A stretch of 64,000 nt of DNA from an uncultured delta proteobacterium. GTDB lineage: Bacteria > Desulfobacterota > Binatia > UBA9968. The position numbers and the translations under genes were made by a program. Shown here piece by piece: positions 48,883 to 63,138 of the stretch; the first letter of the stretch is position 1, and every line of letters begins with the position of its first letter. The stretch lies in contig CAWFJP010000011.1 of the NCBI GenBank assembly GCA_963816145.1, forward strand, positions 128,001-192,000, in the 5' to 3' direction. The notes under the pieces are model-generated. The model was given only the letters and a program-made list of their open reading frames with translations. It was not told the origin of the DNA and made no database searches.

Positions 48883-48985
48883 AGGCAATAGGCATGAGGC
48901 ACTAGGCAATAGTAGGAACCGGCCATGCCGCGTTCTGCCAATCTCTTACTTCTTGCTATTGCCTAATGCCTGTTGCCTAATGCCT
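48883..48985. repeat. Inverted arrays of AGGCANN heptamers
   Basis: AGGCAAT AGGCATG AGGCACT AGGCAAT ... ATTGCCT AATGCCT GTTGCCT AATGCCT. Confidence 0.85.
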
Positions 48986-48988
48986 TTT

Positions 48989-49414
48989 GTGTCACGCCTA
49001 TCCCAATTCGCCTCACGCCTTCTTAGTTCCGCCCGCACAGCCCATCTAGCGACAACGGACAAATCCGGCCAGCCCCATGTCATACCGATCTGCTTTGTCT
49101 TCGACGGCAACCATTTCTATTCGCCCATCGACGAGAAACCGAAACGCGCCGCTCCCAGCAAACTCAAACGGCTGAAGAACATCCGCGAAAATCCCAGTGT
49201 CGCCCTGGTCATCGACCATTATGAGGAAGACTGGCGCAAGCTCGCCTACGTTCTTGTGTTCGGCAAGGCGCGGATTTTACAAAGCGGAGCGAAGCATCGA
49301 CGCGCCGTCAAACTTCTACGCCGAAAGTATCGTCAATATCGCACCATGGCCATCGATGAGCGGCCGATGATTGTCATCACGGCGAAACGGATCGTCGGCT
49401 GGGGCGAGCTATGA
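48989..49414 (+). CDS. PPOX-class (putative F420-dependent) oxidoreductase
   Basis: 'AHLATTDKSGQPHVIPICF', 'IDEKPK', 'RLKNIRENPSVALVIDHYEEDW', 'KYRQY'; start uncertain (48980 or 48989). Confidence 0.85.
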   Translation: MSRLSQFASRLLSSARTAHLATTDKSGQPHVIPICFVFDGNHFYSPIDEKPKRAAPSKLKRLKNIRENPSVALVIDHYEEDWRKLAYVLVFGKARILQSGAKHRRAVKLLRRKYRQYRTMAIDERPMIVITAKRIVGWGEL

Positions 49415-49570
49415 TTGGTTTTGGATTCGTCTGGTAATCGAGAAGTTACTTTTCTTACCCAGAGATACGCTCAGTAATATTTTATAAAATCCCTCTTTGG
49501 AAACTGACCCAGCGTCACATCCTTTTGCTGGACACAGTAGCCCCGACGTTAGATGGCAGACTGGTAACGA

Positions 49571-49716
49571 TTCCCCCTTTGGAAAAGGGGGATCAAGGGG
49601 GATTTGTTTGTGCGGTGGGGCGATCTTCATTGTTGCAAACTGGCTGACTGGTGGAACGATGCGAGACTATGCAAGCAAAAAAATCTCCCCTACCCCTCTT
49701 TTCCAAAGAGGGGTAA
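49571..49716. repeat. CCCCCTTT-type double-hairpin repeat (related to 27841-27928)
   Basis: TTCCCCCTTTGGAAAAGGGGGATCAAGGGGGATTT...AAATCTCCCCTACCCCTCTTTTCCAAAGAGGGGTAA. Confidence 0.8.
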
Positions 49717-49830
49717 TGCACAAGAACCTGCCAAGGCTTGAATGGTTAACCAGAATTTGCTGTGAGTCCCAAATCGTCCGTCTTCAGACAGAACTCGTGG
49801 GTGAAAATCAGCTTTCAAGAGGGGAATGGA

Positions 49831-51181
49831 TTACTTGATGCCGAGACTCTTGATCATGCGCAGAAAATACTTCTCGTGCAGGCCCAGTGCTTTCGCCGCA
49901 GCAGCGCGGTTGCCGTTTGTCTGCGCCAACGCCTGCACCACTAACGATCGTCGCGTCGACTCCATCGCCTCGCGGTAGCTAGGGCTGTCATTCTGAGCCA
50001 GCGCTGTCGCCGCAACAATACGGTTCGGCAGATCTTTGACCGTCAGCGTCTCACCGCTGCCCAAGACCACGGCGCGCTCGATCACGTTGGCAAGCTCGCG
50101 GACATTTCCCGGCCAGTGATACGCGCCCAGTTTTACCAACGCGTCGTTCTCTAGAATTGTGAAATTCTTCTTCGACTCCGCGGCGAATCGTCGAAGAAAG
50201 TGCTCCGCCAAGGCGCCGATGTCTTCGGTTCTTTCGCGCAGCGGCGGCAATGTGATCGGGATGACATTGAGCCGATGGTAGAGATCTTCGCGGAAGCGGT
50301 TTTCACCGACGGCGCTTTCGAGATCGCGATTGGTCGCGGCGACGATGCGCACGTCGACGCGGATCGGCTCGCGCCCGCCGACCCGGTCGAATTCGCGCTC
50401 CTGGAGAAAGCGCAGCAGCTTGGTTTGCAGCTCCGCCGACATATCGCCGATCTCGTCGAGGAAAACCGTACCGCCGTTGGCCAGCTCCATCTTGCCTTTT
50501 TTGAGCTGGTCGGCGCCGGTGAAGGCGCCCTTCTCATGGCCGAACAGTTCGCTTTCCAGGAGTTCTCTCGACAAGCCGACGCAGTTGATCGCGACGAAGG
50601 GTTGGCTGCTGCGCTCGCTCCAGTGATGCATCGCGCGGGCGAAGATTTCCTTGCCCGTGCCGCTTTCTCCCAGGAGTAATACCGTGGCGCTGCTCGCCGC
50701 CGCTTTGCGCGCCATGTCCACCGCATCGGCCATTGGTTTACTCTGGCCGACGATCAGCCGGTGGCGATTATCGGTCTCGGCCGCGAGCAGTTGCCAGCTC
50801 CGTTTCAGCGCCTCGCTTTCGAGCGCTTTGCGCACAACGATGTCGAAATGGTTGGCGTCGAGGGGCTTGGTGATGAAATCATAAGCGCCTTCTTTCATCG
50901 CCGCCACCGCGCTTTCGATGGAACCATGGGCGGTGATGACCACGACGGGAAATGCCGTTCCTACGGCGTCGCAAGTGGCGCAGCACTTCGATGCCGCCCA
51001 TCTTGGGCATCTGCAAGTCCAACAACATCAGAGCCGGCTCATGCTTCTTGATCTGCGCCAGCGCTTCCTCGCCGTCGGCGGCCAAAGCAACCTCGCAACC
51101 CAATGCGCGCAAACGCACCTGCAACAGCCGCCGCGCCGGCGCGTCGTCGTCGACGATCAACACGCGCGCTCCGGTTGTCAT
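49831..51181 (-). CDS. Sigma54-dependent response regulator (NtrC/AtoC type), one frameshift near 50970
   Basis: Receiver 'VLIVDDD..LLDLQMP' in one ORF; 'ITAHG','KP', AAA+ 'GESGTGKE', 'GAFTGA', 'WPGNVREL' and Fis-type HTH in the next. Confidence 0.9.
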
Positions 51182-51253
51182 CTTCCCAGGCTCCACGGAT
51201 CGTTGCCTCTCATTTCGATTCTTGCAGGTTTAATGTGGGGAGGTTTTCACCAC

Positions 51254-52764
<1,511 letters not shown>

Positions 52765-52838
52765 GAAGGACACGAAGAGCACGAAGTTCGGAACTTTAAT
52801 CATCCGAACCTTCGTGTCCTTCGTGCCTTCGTGGTGAA
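52765..52838. repeat. CACGAAG palindrome copy 6, split by the intron (missing TTCACCAC lies at 51246-51253)
   Basis: GAAGGACACGAAGAGCACGAAGTTCGGA...TCCGAACCTTCGTGTCCTTCGTGCCTTCGTGGTGAA. Confidence 0.9.
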
Positions 52839-52901
52839 CATTCCCTTCCGATTTTTGCGCCCTTTGCGTTCTTTGCGGTGAAATCTCCGAATCCGATCCG
52901 G

Positions 52902-53270
52902 TTATTTTAGATGCCGGCCGATCTCGGCCAGAAAGATCGTCTTGTCGATGGGCTTGGTGACATAGCCGCTGCAGCCGGCGGCCAGCGCTTTGTCGCGGTC
53001 GCCGGCCATCGCGTAAGACGTTACCGCGATCACCGGAATTTCCGCGGTCGCCGGTTCGGCGCGCAACTTGGTTGTGGCCTCGAGTCCATCCATTCCCGGC
53101 AACTGGATATCCATGACGATAAGATCGAACTGCTCGGCCTTTAGAATATCGAACGCCTCGATCGCACTGGTCGCCTCGCGCACCTGATAGCCCTGCGAGC
53201 GCAAGAGAAAAATCGCCAGCCGCCGATTCACCGGATTATCTTCAACCAACAGAATTTTTTCGCCAGCCAC
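52902..53270 (-). CDS. Single-domain response regulator (DivK-like)
   Basis: 'ILLVEDNPVN', 'MDIQLPGMDG', 'AVTSYAMAGD', 'GY.TKPID'. Confidence 0.93.
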   Translation of the reverse strand: MAGEKILLVEDNPVNRRLAIFLLRSQGYQVREATSAIEAFDILKAEQFDLIVMDIQLPGMDGLEATTKLRAEPATAEIPVIAVTSYAMAGDRDKALAAGCSGYVTKPIDKTIFLAEIGRHLK

Positions 53271-53342
53271 TTTCTCACCTCAAGCGCCGTGTTCGTGAGC
53301 AAATCACGCTCGTGATTGCCGTACCGAGCCACAGGCGAAACA

Positions 53343-53505
53343 AAATCCGAAATCCGAATATCGAAATCCGAAACAAACCAGGCCAAAATAAATCTCAAAT
53401 CTGGAAAATCCAAAACGAGGAATTGGAATCAGGCTTGTTTGGAGCATTGCGTTTGTTTTGATCATTTGAATTTGTTTCGGATTTCGAATTTTGTGCTTCG
53501 AATTT
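53343..53505. repeat. Inverted AAATCCG/CGAAATC heptamer arrays
   Basis: AAATCCGAAATCCGAATATCGAAATCCGAAACAAA...TTTGTTTCGGATTTCGAATTTTGTGCTTCGAATTT. Confidence 0.8.
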
Positions 53506-53570
53506 TCTCAACTCAGCCGCTAATCCTTACGTTCAACCCTACCTGCGCCTTACTCCTTACCCTTCACACC

Positions 53571-56500
53571 TTACCCTGCGTTCATCGGCAAAGTGAAGAA
53601 AAATCGGCTTCCCTTGCCGACTTCGCTTTCAACCCAAATCTCGCCGCCATGCATCTCGACAAACTTTTTCGCCAGCGCCAAGCCCAGCCCGGTGCCCTCG
53701 GGTTTGCCCTTGGCGCTCGACTCGACCTGCTGGAACTCCTGAAAGATCCGCTCTTGTTCCGCGGCCGGTATGCCCGGCCCGCTGTCGCCGACTTCGACGC
53801 GTACCCTGCCGGTCTCGCGCTGCGCCTTCACCCACACCTGTCCGGCCTCGGGCGTGAATTTAATGGCGTTGCCGACCAGGTTCAACAAGACTTGTTTAAT
53901 CCGCGCGCCGTCCATGGAAATCTGCTCCAGACTCTCGTCATTTTCGACCCGCAGATCAATAGATTTTTGGGCCGCCAGCGCGCGCATCGTGTGTTGCACC
54001 GACTCGAAGACATCCTGCAAATACGCCGGCTCGAATTGCAGCTCCATTTTGCCGGATTCAACCTTGGCGAGGTCGAGGATTTCATTGATCAGGTTGAGCA
54101 GATGCTTGCCGCTGGCCAGGACGTCGGTCATGAACTGCGAGCGCTCGTCGTCGCTCACCGTTAGTGACGGATCGAGCAAGACTTCGGAAAAGCCGATGAT
54201 CGCGTTGAGCGGCGTGCGCAGCTCATGCGACATGTTGGCGAGAAATTCGGACTTGTGCCGATTGGCCGCCTCGATCTGCCGGCCTTTGTCTTCGATCTCG
54301 CGGAACAGCCGCGCGTTGTGGATCGCCAAGGCGGACTGCGTCGCGAAGGTTTTCAGCAGCTCGACCACCTCGGGCTGAAACTCGCCGGTGGTTTTGCGCC
54401 GCACCACCAGGCCGCCGATGATCCGATCTTCACGCAGCAGCGGCACCGCCAAGCTGGCGCGAAAGCCGAAGCGCGCCAGCAAGGTGCGCATGCGCGGCGC
54501 ATAGGCGCGCTCTTGGGATATGTCGGGAATCTGCATCGGCTCCCGGCTCACCGCCGCGCGCCCGACCACGCCATCGCCCAGATGGGGTGGATTGGCGCGC
54601 AGCGCGGTGATCAATTCCTCTTCCATATGGTCGGTGGCGCGCAGCTGGAACTCTTCGGATTGCTCGTCGTACTCGTAAATCGCCCCGCCGTCGGTGCCGC
54701 TCAGTTGCACCGCATGGGAGACGATGCGTGTAAGCACGGTTTCCAAATCCAGAGTCGAGCTGACCGCCTGACCGACTTCGCCCAGCGCTTTCAGCTCGCC
54801 CACCGACCTGATCAGCTCGCGGGTTCGCTCTTGCAGCTCTTGAAACAGCCGAACGTTCTCGATGGCGATGACGGCTTGAGCCGCAAATGTTTCGAGAAGC
54901 TTTATTTGGTTGTCCGAGAACGGGTGAACCTCCGTGCGCCTGATGTTTATATTGCCGATTGCACTTCCTTCACGGAGCAGAGGCGCGCTGAGATAGGTTC
55001 GGGTGCCGAAGCGCAATGATAATTCCAGACTGCCCGGATACTCGCGCTCCGCGGCGCGCAAGTCGTCAACATGCACGGCCCGGCGCTCGATCATCGCCCG
55101 CGTTCCGGGTGTTTGAAGTTCCGCCGGAATAAATTCCGGGGCCGGTAATGGTCCGTAGGAGGCTACCAATTTTGTGCCCTCGCCCTCAATCAAACGAATC
55201 TGCGCATCGCTCCCACCACAAAGTCGCGCCGCTGTTGCGGCGACCACATCCAACACCGGCTGGATGTCCGTCGGCGAGCTGGCGATGACGCCAAGAATTT
55301 CACTCGTCGCCGTCTGCTGCTCCAGCGCCTCGCGCAACTCCGCGTTGCGCTCCTGAAGCTCTTTGAACAAGCGCACATTCTCGATCGCGATGACGGCCTG
55401 AGCCGCAAATGTTTCTACGAGCTTGATCTGCCGATCACTAAAGGGCTCGACTCTTAGACGGCGGATATGAATCAGCCCAATGGTTTCGTTGTCCCGCATC
55501 AACGGCACCGCGAGCGCCGTTCGGACCCCTAACGTGACCCCCTTCTCTTTCGCGCCGGGGAACTCTTCCTCGGCGGCCATAAGGTCGTGGACATGAAGCG
55601 TGCGGCCTTCTTGTATCGCTCGTCCCGCGAACCCGCCACGTTCGATGGGCTCGACGTTGCCGATCTGCGTCGCGAGCGGGATCGAACCAAAGTGAGCAAC
55701 GGTTCGCAGCCTGTTGCCGTCGACGCGCCTGATCACAGCATCATCCGCGCCGCACAGCCGAGCCGCATTTTGCGCAATGATATCCAGCACCGGCTGAATA
55801 TCGGTCGGCGAGCTGGCGATGACGCCGAGAATCTCGCTGGTCGCCGTCTGCTGCTCCAGCGATTCCTTGAGCTCTTGAAACAGCCGCACGTTCTCGATCG
55901 CAATCACGGCCTGATCAGCGAAGGTTGTGACCAGCTCGATCTGCCGCTCAGTAAATGGCGTGACGGCATCGCACCAAATCGAGATTGTCCCAATTGGACT
56001 TCCCTCTCGAAGCATGGGAACAGCTAGCAGGGTGCGCGCTCGGAACGACGGGAGTCGGTAGGTGGAATCTAGTTCGATGTCCGGGATATGGATTGGTTTG
56101 CGCTCCAGAAACGCACGACCCGGGCCGGTATCGCGCCCCGGCCGCACCGACGTCTCTTGGAGGGCTGTCACCCCTTCGACGCCTACGTTGTAATAGGCAA
56201 CAACCTGGAGAAACTCACCATCGTACTGGCGGATGTGACCCATCGTGGCGCCTGCAAGTCTCACCGCATTGGCGATTACGGTGTCAAGCACGGGTTGCAG
56301 CTCAGTGGGTGACGACGCGATGACTCGGAGTACTTCGCTGGTCGCGGTCTGTTGCTCTAAAGCTTCGGTAAGATCACGGTTGCGTTCCTGCAATTCTTTG
56401 AACAGCCGCACGTTCTCGATGGCGATTACTGCCTGGTCAGCGAATGTCTTAACTAGGTCGACCTGTCTCTCAGTGAATGGCTCGACAAAGTCACGCCAAA

Positions 56501-59500
56501 TCGAGATCGTTCCAATTGCCGTTCCTTCTCTTAGAAGCGGCACGGCCAGCAGTGTGCGCATACCCAGTTCACGATTTTGTGTTTGTAGCTGATAGAACGA
56601 CAGCTTGTCTTGGGTCTCCGCCTGTACGTCAAGTATATGGTTGGCTTGCCGTTCGAGAAAAGCGCGACCGGTCATGCTCTCTAAGCCTGGTCGGGTAGGC
56701 GTGGCTTGAAGCGTTGCTACTTGCTCGGCGGTCTCATTGTAGTGGGCGACGACTCGGAGGAACTCACCATCGTATTGACGGATGTGTCCCTGCTTGGCGC
56801 CCGCGAGCGTCACGGCATTTGCGATCACCGTATCGATCACCGGCTGAAGCTCCGTCGGCGAGCTTGCGATGACACGGAGCACTTCGCTCGTCGCTGTCTG
56901 CTGCTCGAGCGCCTCGGTAAGATCGCGGTTACGTTCCTGCAATTCCTTGAATAGCCGCACGTTCTCAATGGCGATCACGGCCTGATCGGCGAATGTCTCT
57001 AGGAGCTTGATCTGCTTCTCGGTGAACGGGCGGACCTCCAGGCGGCGGATATGAATCGTACCGATGGGAATTCCCTCGCGAAGCATCGGCGTGGCGAGCA
57101 CCGTCCGGACGCCGACACTTCTGGCGAAGCGCGCTGCGAGTTCATCCTCTGGCACTGCTGCGAGGTCATCAATATGAAGGGTTTGTCGGTCAATTATAGC
57201 TCGCGCGGGTATATGCTCACGGTCCAATGGAATTGATTCCCGACCCCCGCGTCCCGGCAAAGGTCCGTAATTAGCAACTGGTCGGAGATTGTCGCCATCA
57301 ATGCGATGAATCACCGCGTCGGTTGCATCACATAGTCGCGCTGCGTTCTCTGCGACTATATCCAGCACCGGCTGAATGTCGGTTGGAGAGCTGGCGATGA
57401 CACCCAAGATCTCACTCGTCGCGGTCTGCTGCTCCAACGATTCCTTGAGTTCTTGGAACAAGCGCACGTTCTCAATAGCGATTACGGCCTGATCCGCGAA
57501 GGTTTCGAGGAGCTTGATCTGTGCCGGGGTGAAGGGGCGCATTTCCATGCGTCGTCCAACCAGTGCGCCAATTAGTTCTCCCTGTTGGCGAAGGGGTGCG
57601 ATTAATTGAGTGTGGAAGGTGCCGCCTCTACCTAACGTCGGAAAATCGGTTTGCGAGCGTACGTCTGGAATGTGGAGCGTTCCGTGCTCACGCACCCACC
57701 GCCACCGTCGCTCATTAATACTGATCTTGACTGCGCTAATCGGTACCGGACCGAAATGAGCGTGGGGAATTGTAATATCACCCTCAATTAAGCGCAGCAC
57801 TACATCGTCGATCCCGCAAACCCGCGCAGCGCTCTCGACGATGGCGTCGAGCACCGGCTGCACGTCCGTCGGCGAGCGGCTGATGATGCCGAGCACCTCG
57901 GACGTTGCCGTCTGATGCTCCAGCGCCTCGCGCAATTCCGCGTTGCGCTCTCTGAGCTCTTTGAACAATCTCACGTTCTCGATGGCGATGACCGCCTGAT
58001 CAGCGAATGTCTTGAGAAGAGTGATCTGCTTGTCGGTAAAAGGTTGAACCTCGATTCGGCGAATAAGAATCACCCCGATCGCAACTCCCTCGCGAAGTAA
58101 TGGCGCTGCGAGCATCGTCCGACCACCCATACGCTCGACAGCGCTGAACCGCCTCTGGAAACTCCGTTGCAGCAACGGCCATAAATCTTCAATGTGAATT
58201 AGCTCGCGATCGATGACAGCTCGGCCGCCAGACCGAGGCGCGTCGTCCAGAGGTTTCTCGAGACCGAAACCCGGCTCGACAGGGCCATAGTGCGCCGCGA
58301 GTCGCAGCTTATCGGCCTCGACCAGTCGAATCACCGCGTCATATGACCCACACACCCGGGTAGCATTCTCGAGCAATCGTGTCGAGCACCGGCTGAATGT
58401 CCGTCGGCGAGCTGGCGATCACACCCAGGATTTCACTCGTTGCAGTCTGCTGCTCCAACGACTCCTTGAGCTCTTGAACAACCGGACGTTCTCGATCGCG
58501 ATCACGGCCTGATCGGCGAAGGTTTCAAGCAGCTTGATCTGCGCCGGGGTGAAGGGACGAACTTCGGTGCGACGTGCGCTCAAGGTTCCAATGAGTTCTC
58601 CCTGAAGCCGGAGGGGAACGGCCAAGTAGGTGCGCCAGAGGTCACCGGCCAAACTCAACGTCGGGAAATCGTTCTGTGCGCGGATATCGGAAATGTGCAG
58701 CGTGCCGTGCTCGCGCATCCAGCGATATTGTGGCTTCATCGACGTTAATACTGATCGCGCGACCGCTCAGCGGGTATCGCGCCAAAATGAGCGCGTTGAA
58801 CTCAGAGCGTCTCCCTCGCGGAGCCGCAGCACGACATCGTCGATCCCACAAACTCGCGCCGCGCTCTCGACGATGGCATCGAGTACCGGCTGCACGTCCG
58901 TCGGCGAGCGGCTGATGATGCCGAGCACCTCGGAGGTCGCCGTCTGATGCTCCAGCGCCTCGCGCAGCTCTGCGTTGCGCTCGCCGAGTTCTTTGAACAA
59001 GCGGACGTTTTCGATGGCGATTACGGCTTGGTCGGCGAAAGTCTTTAAGAGCGCGACCTGCTTATCGGCAAAAGGACGGACTTCTAATCGGCGAATCAAG
59101 ATAGCCCCGATCGGAATACCATCACGAAGCAGGGGCGTGGCAAGAACCGTCCTACTGCCCGTTACTTGCTGAATACCCCGAGCATCTGGAAACTCGGTGT
59201 CGATATCTGCTGCGAGGTCACGAACATGAATCGTCTGTCTATCAGTTATGGCTCGGCCTATAGGCGAGCCACGATTAATGGCTCGCCCACCCTCTGGCAA
59301 TCCCGCAAGGGGCACAGGACCGAAATGGGCTCCCATCTGCACGCGATCATCTTCGACCCGCTGGATAAGGGCATCGTAGGAGTCGCACAGCCGTGTGGCA
59401 CTCTCGGCGATGGCGTCTAGCACCGGCTGAATGTCCGTCGGCGAGCTGGCTATCACGCCAAGGATCTGGCTCGTGGCGGTTTGCTGCTCCAACGCTTCGG

Positions 59501-62500
59501 TGAGTTCTTGGAACAGACGTACGTTCTCGATGGCGATCACGGCTTGGTCGGCAAAGGTTTCCAGCAGTTTGATCTGCGCGGGCGTGAAGGGCCGCACCTC
59601 GGTGCGACGCGCGGTTAGCGTTCCAATGAGTTGCTTCTGCTGACGAAGGGGAGCTGACAAAAAGGTGCAGAACGCCGCATCTACGCCCAACATTGGAAAT
59701 TCATTCTGAGCAGCGCGGACATCGGGAATATGGAGCGTGCCATGTTCGCGCACCCAGCGGAAATTTGGCTCATCAATATCAAGGTCAATATGCACGACAG
59801 GAATCGGGCCAAAATGAGCCCGCGAGACCATTGCGTTCCCGGTTCGAAGTCGCAGGTGTACATCATCAATTCTGCAAACCCGCGCGGCGCTCTCGACAAT
59901 GGCATCCAGCACCGGCTGCACGTCCGTCGGCGACCGGCTGATGATGCCGAGCACTTCGGAGGTTGCCGTCTGATGCTCCAGCGCTTCGCGCAATTCTGAA
60001 TTGCGCTCCTGGATCTCCTTGAACAACCGTACGTTCTCGATGGCGATGACCGCCTGATCCGCGAACGTCTCTAGCAATTTTATTTGTCTGTCGCTGAAAG
60101 GCCGGACTTCCTTGCGGCGGATATAGATGGCGCCGATGGAGACACCCTCGCGAAGCAACGGGGCTACCAGCGCAGTCCGCACTCCCATCGCGATCCCGCG
60201 GTTTTGCGCATCTGGAAAATCAGATTCCGACGCCGCAAGGTCGTGTACATGAATTGTTTCCCGGTCAAGGATAGCTCGCCCCGCCGGCGTGCCACGACTA
60301 GTCGGATTAGAAGTAACTTCCAAAACCGGCATTGACCCGTAACTCGCCACTCTTTCCTGACTGTTCCCGTTGACGCGTAGTATCAGAGCATCGCTTGCAT
60401 CGCAGAGCCTCGCGGCATGTTCCGCGACGGCATCCAACACGGGTTGGATATCCGTCGGCGAGCTGGCGATCACGCCCAAAATCTCGCTCGTCGCCGTTTG
60501 CTGCTCCAACGACTCCTTCAGTTCGTTGGAACAGCCGCACGTTTTCGATAGCGATCACGGCCTGATCGGCGAAGGTTTCGAGGAGCTTGATCTGTGCCGG
60601 GGTAAAAGGACGCACCTCTTTGCGGCGTGCACTCAGTGTTCCAATAAATTCGCCTTTCTGGCGAAGGGGAACGAATAAACAACTGCGCGAGCCGCTGGAA
60701 TCTGTGATCTGGAACATCGTTCTGCTTGCGGACGTCGGGGACGTGAAGCGTCCCGTGCTCTCGTACCCAGCGGGGTGCTGGCTCATCAACACTTACCTCG
60801 ACGCGCCCGGGCGGAACGGGACCAAATTGAGCCCGCGAAACCAGATTGTTCCCCTCGCGGAGTCGTAGCACCAGGTCATCTATTCCACAAACCCGTGCGG
60901 CGCTCTCGACGATCGCGTCCAGCACCGGCTGCACGTCCGTCGGCGATCGGCTGATGATACCGAGCACCTCGGCGGTTGCCGTCTGATGTTCCAGCGCCTC
61001 GCGCAATTCTGCATTGCGCTCGCCGAGTTCCTGGAACAACCTCACGTTCTCAATGGCGATTACGGCCTGTGAAGCAAATGTTTCAAGCAACTTGATCTGT
61101 TTCTCGGTAAAAGGCCGAACTTCTGTCCGGCGAATCATGATCGTGCCAATCGATTCGTCCTCGCGCATCAGCGGTACGACCAATACGGTTCGATTGCCTT
61201 CTTGCTCGGTAGTGGCTTGTGTTAGGGGAAACTCTGTCGCAACGACCGAGAGCAAATCCATGATGTGAATACGTTGGCGCTCTATAAAAACCCGACCAAC
61301 CACCGATTGCCGGTCGATCGGCAGTTCTGATGCTGCAAGCAGCGGAATTGGGCCGCGGTGCGCTGCCAATCGGAGTACGTTTCCTTCGATAAGTCGGATT
61401 GAAGCGTCATTCGCACTGCACACCTTTGCGGCGCTTTCTGCGATCGTATTCAGCACTGGCTGTATATCCGTCGGCGAGCTTGCAATCACGCCTAGGATTT
61501 CACTCGTCGCGGTTTGCTGTTCCAACGATTCCTTGAGTTCGTTGAACAACCGCACGTTCTCGATGGCGATGACCGCTTGGTCGGCAAAGGTTTCGAGTAG
61601 CTTGATCTGCGCCGGGGTGAAGGGGCGCACCTCGGTGCGACGTGCGCCCAGTACCCCAATAAGTTCCCCCTGCTGACGAAGGGGAGCGGCTAAGAGGGTG
61701 CGCCAGCGGCCACCGGTGGAATCCACCATTTGAATATCGTTCTGCTCGCGGACATCGGGAATGTGGAGCGTGCCATGCTCGTTAATCCAGCGCTGCCGTG
61801 GCTCATCCATACTGATCTCGACGCGGACGGTGGGTATGGGACCAAAATGAGACCGTGGAACCAAATTGTTCTCCTCGCGCAGCCGCAGCACCACGTCATC
61901 GATCCCACAAACCCGCGCGGCGCTTTCAACGATAGCGTCGAGGACCGGCTGCACGTCTGTCGGCGAGCGACTGATGATGCCGAGCACCTCAGAAGTTGCC
62001 GTCTGATGCTCCAGCGCTTCGCGCAATTCTGCGTTGCGCTCTCCGAGTTCCTTGAACAAGCGAACATTTTCAATGGCGATCACGGCTTGGGCGGCAAAGG
62101 TCTCAAGCAGCTTGATCTGTCTCTCAGAAAAAGGACGAACTTCGAGGCGCCTGATGTTGATCACACCGATCGGCGCTCCTTCTCTGAGCATCGGCGCGCA
62201 AAGAAAAGTCCGGATTCCCCGCTCGATGCTTTCGCTCTCAGGAAACTCCGACGTGACGTTCTGACAGTCATGGATATGCAAAGTCTCTCGCGTAAGAATG
62301 GCCCGTCCAGATGGGTTACCGGGTTTCATCGGTCGAAACTCTGGCGCTGAAAGTGTGCCAAATGCCGCTGCCAATCGAGTGCGGTCGCCTTCAATAAGAC
62401 GAATCGACGCATCCGCAGCGTCACACAACCGCGCCGCGTTTTTCGCAACCGTATCCAACACCGGCTGAATATCCGTTGGCGAACTGGCGATAACCGCTAA

Positions 62501-63138
62501 AATTTCGCTCGTCGCCGTTTGCTGCTCCAGCGATTCCTTGAGTTCTTGGAATAGCCGGACGTTCTCGAGTGCGATGACCGCCTGGTCCGCGAAGGTTTCT
62601 AGCAGTTTGATCTGAGTTGGGGTGAAGGGACGTACCTCGGTGCGACGTACGTTCAGGTTTCCAATGATTTCCCCATGCTGACGAAGGGGAACGACCAAGT
62701 ATAGTGCGCCAGTTACCGGTGGCGCCCACCATTGGGAAATCGTTTTGTGCACGAACATCAGGGATGTAAAGCGTGCCGTGCTCGCGCACCCAGACGAAAC
62801 TGTGGCTCATCGATGCCGATCTCGTCGCGGACGACCGGCACAGAGCCAAAATGCGCCCGCGAGACATAATTGCTCTCCTCGCGCAGCCGCAGCAGGACGT
62901 CATCAATCCCACAAACCCGAGCCGCGCTCTCAACGATGGCGTCGAGCACCGGCTGCACGTCCGTCGGCGAACGGCTGATGATGCCGAGCACCTCGGACGT
63001 CGCCGTCTGATGCTCCAGCGCCTCTGCCAGCTCACGCTCGCCCGACTCCAACTGCTCGGTGACGCGGCGTAACTTTTCTTTGACGCGGCTCAGCGCAGTC
63101 GCGCGCGGCTTTGTTTTGGCAACCCCAACGCGGGCCAT
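53571..63138 (-). CDS. Giant cytoplasmic histidine kinase with 17 tandem GAF domains + HisKA + HATPase; broken by multiple indels in this assembly
   Basis: Repeats 'E(H/Q)QTATSE..PTD.QPVLD...[15 protein letters not shown]' across ORFs 62758-63138, 62421-63035, 60518-62758, 60307-60792, 58767-60509, 58419-58739, 53571-58376; '[14 protein letters not shown]', N/G1/F/G2 boxes; RBS GGAGG before ATG 63138. Confidence 0.88.

Noticed and set aside
53316-55019. Long plus-strand ORFs (282 and 264 aa) and similar ORFs at 4535-5422 and 8135-8737
   Set aside because: Antisense shadows of well-supported genes in GC-rich DNA.
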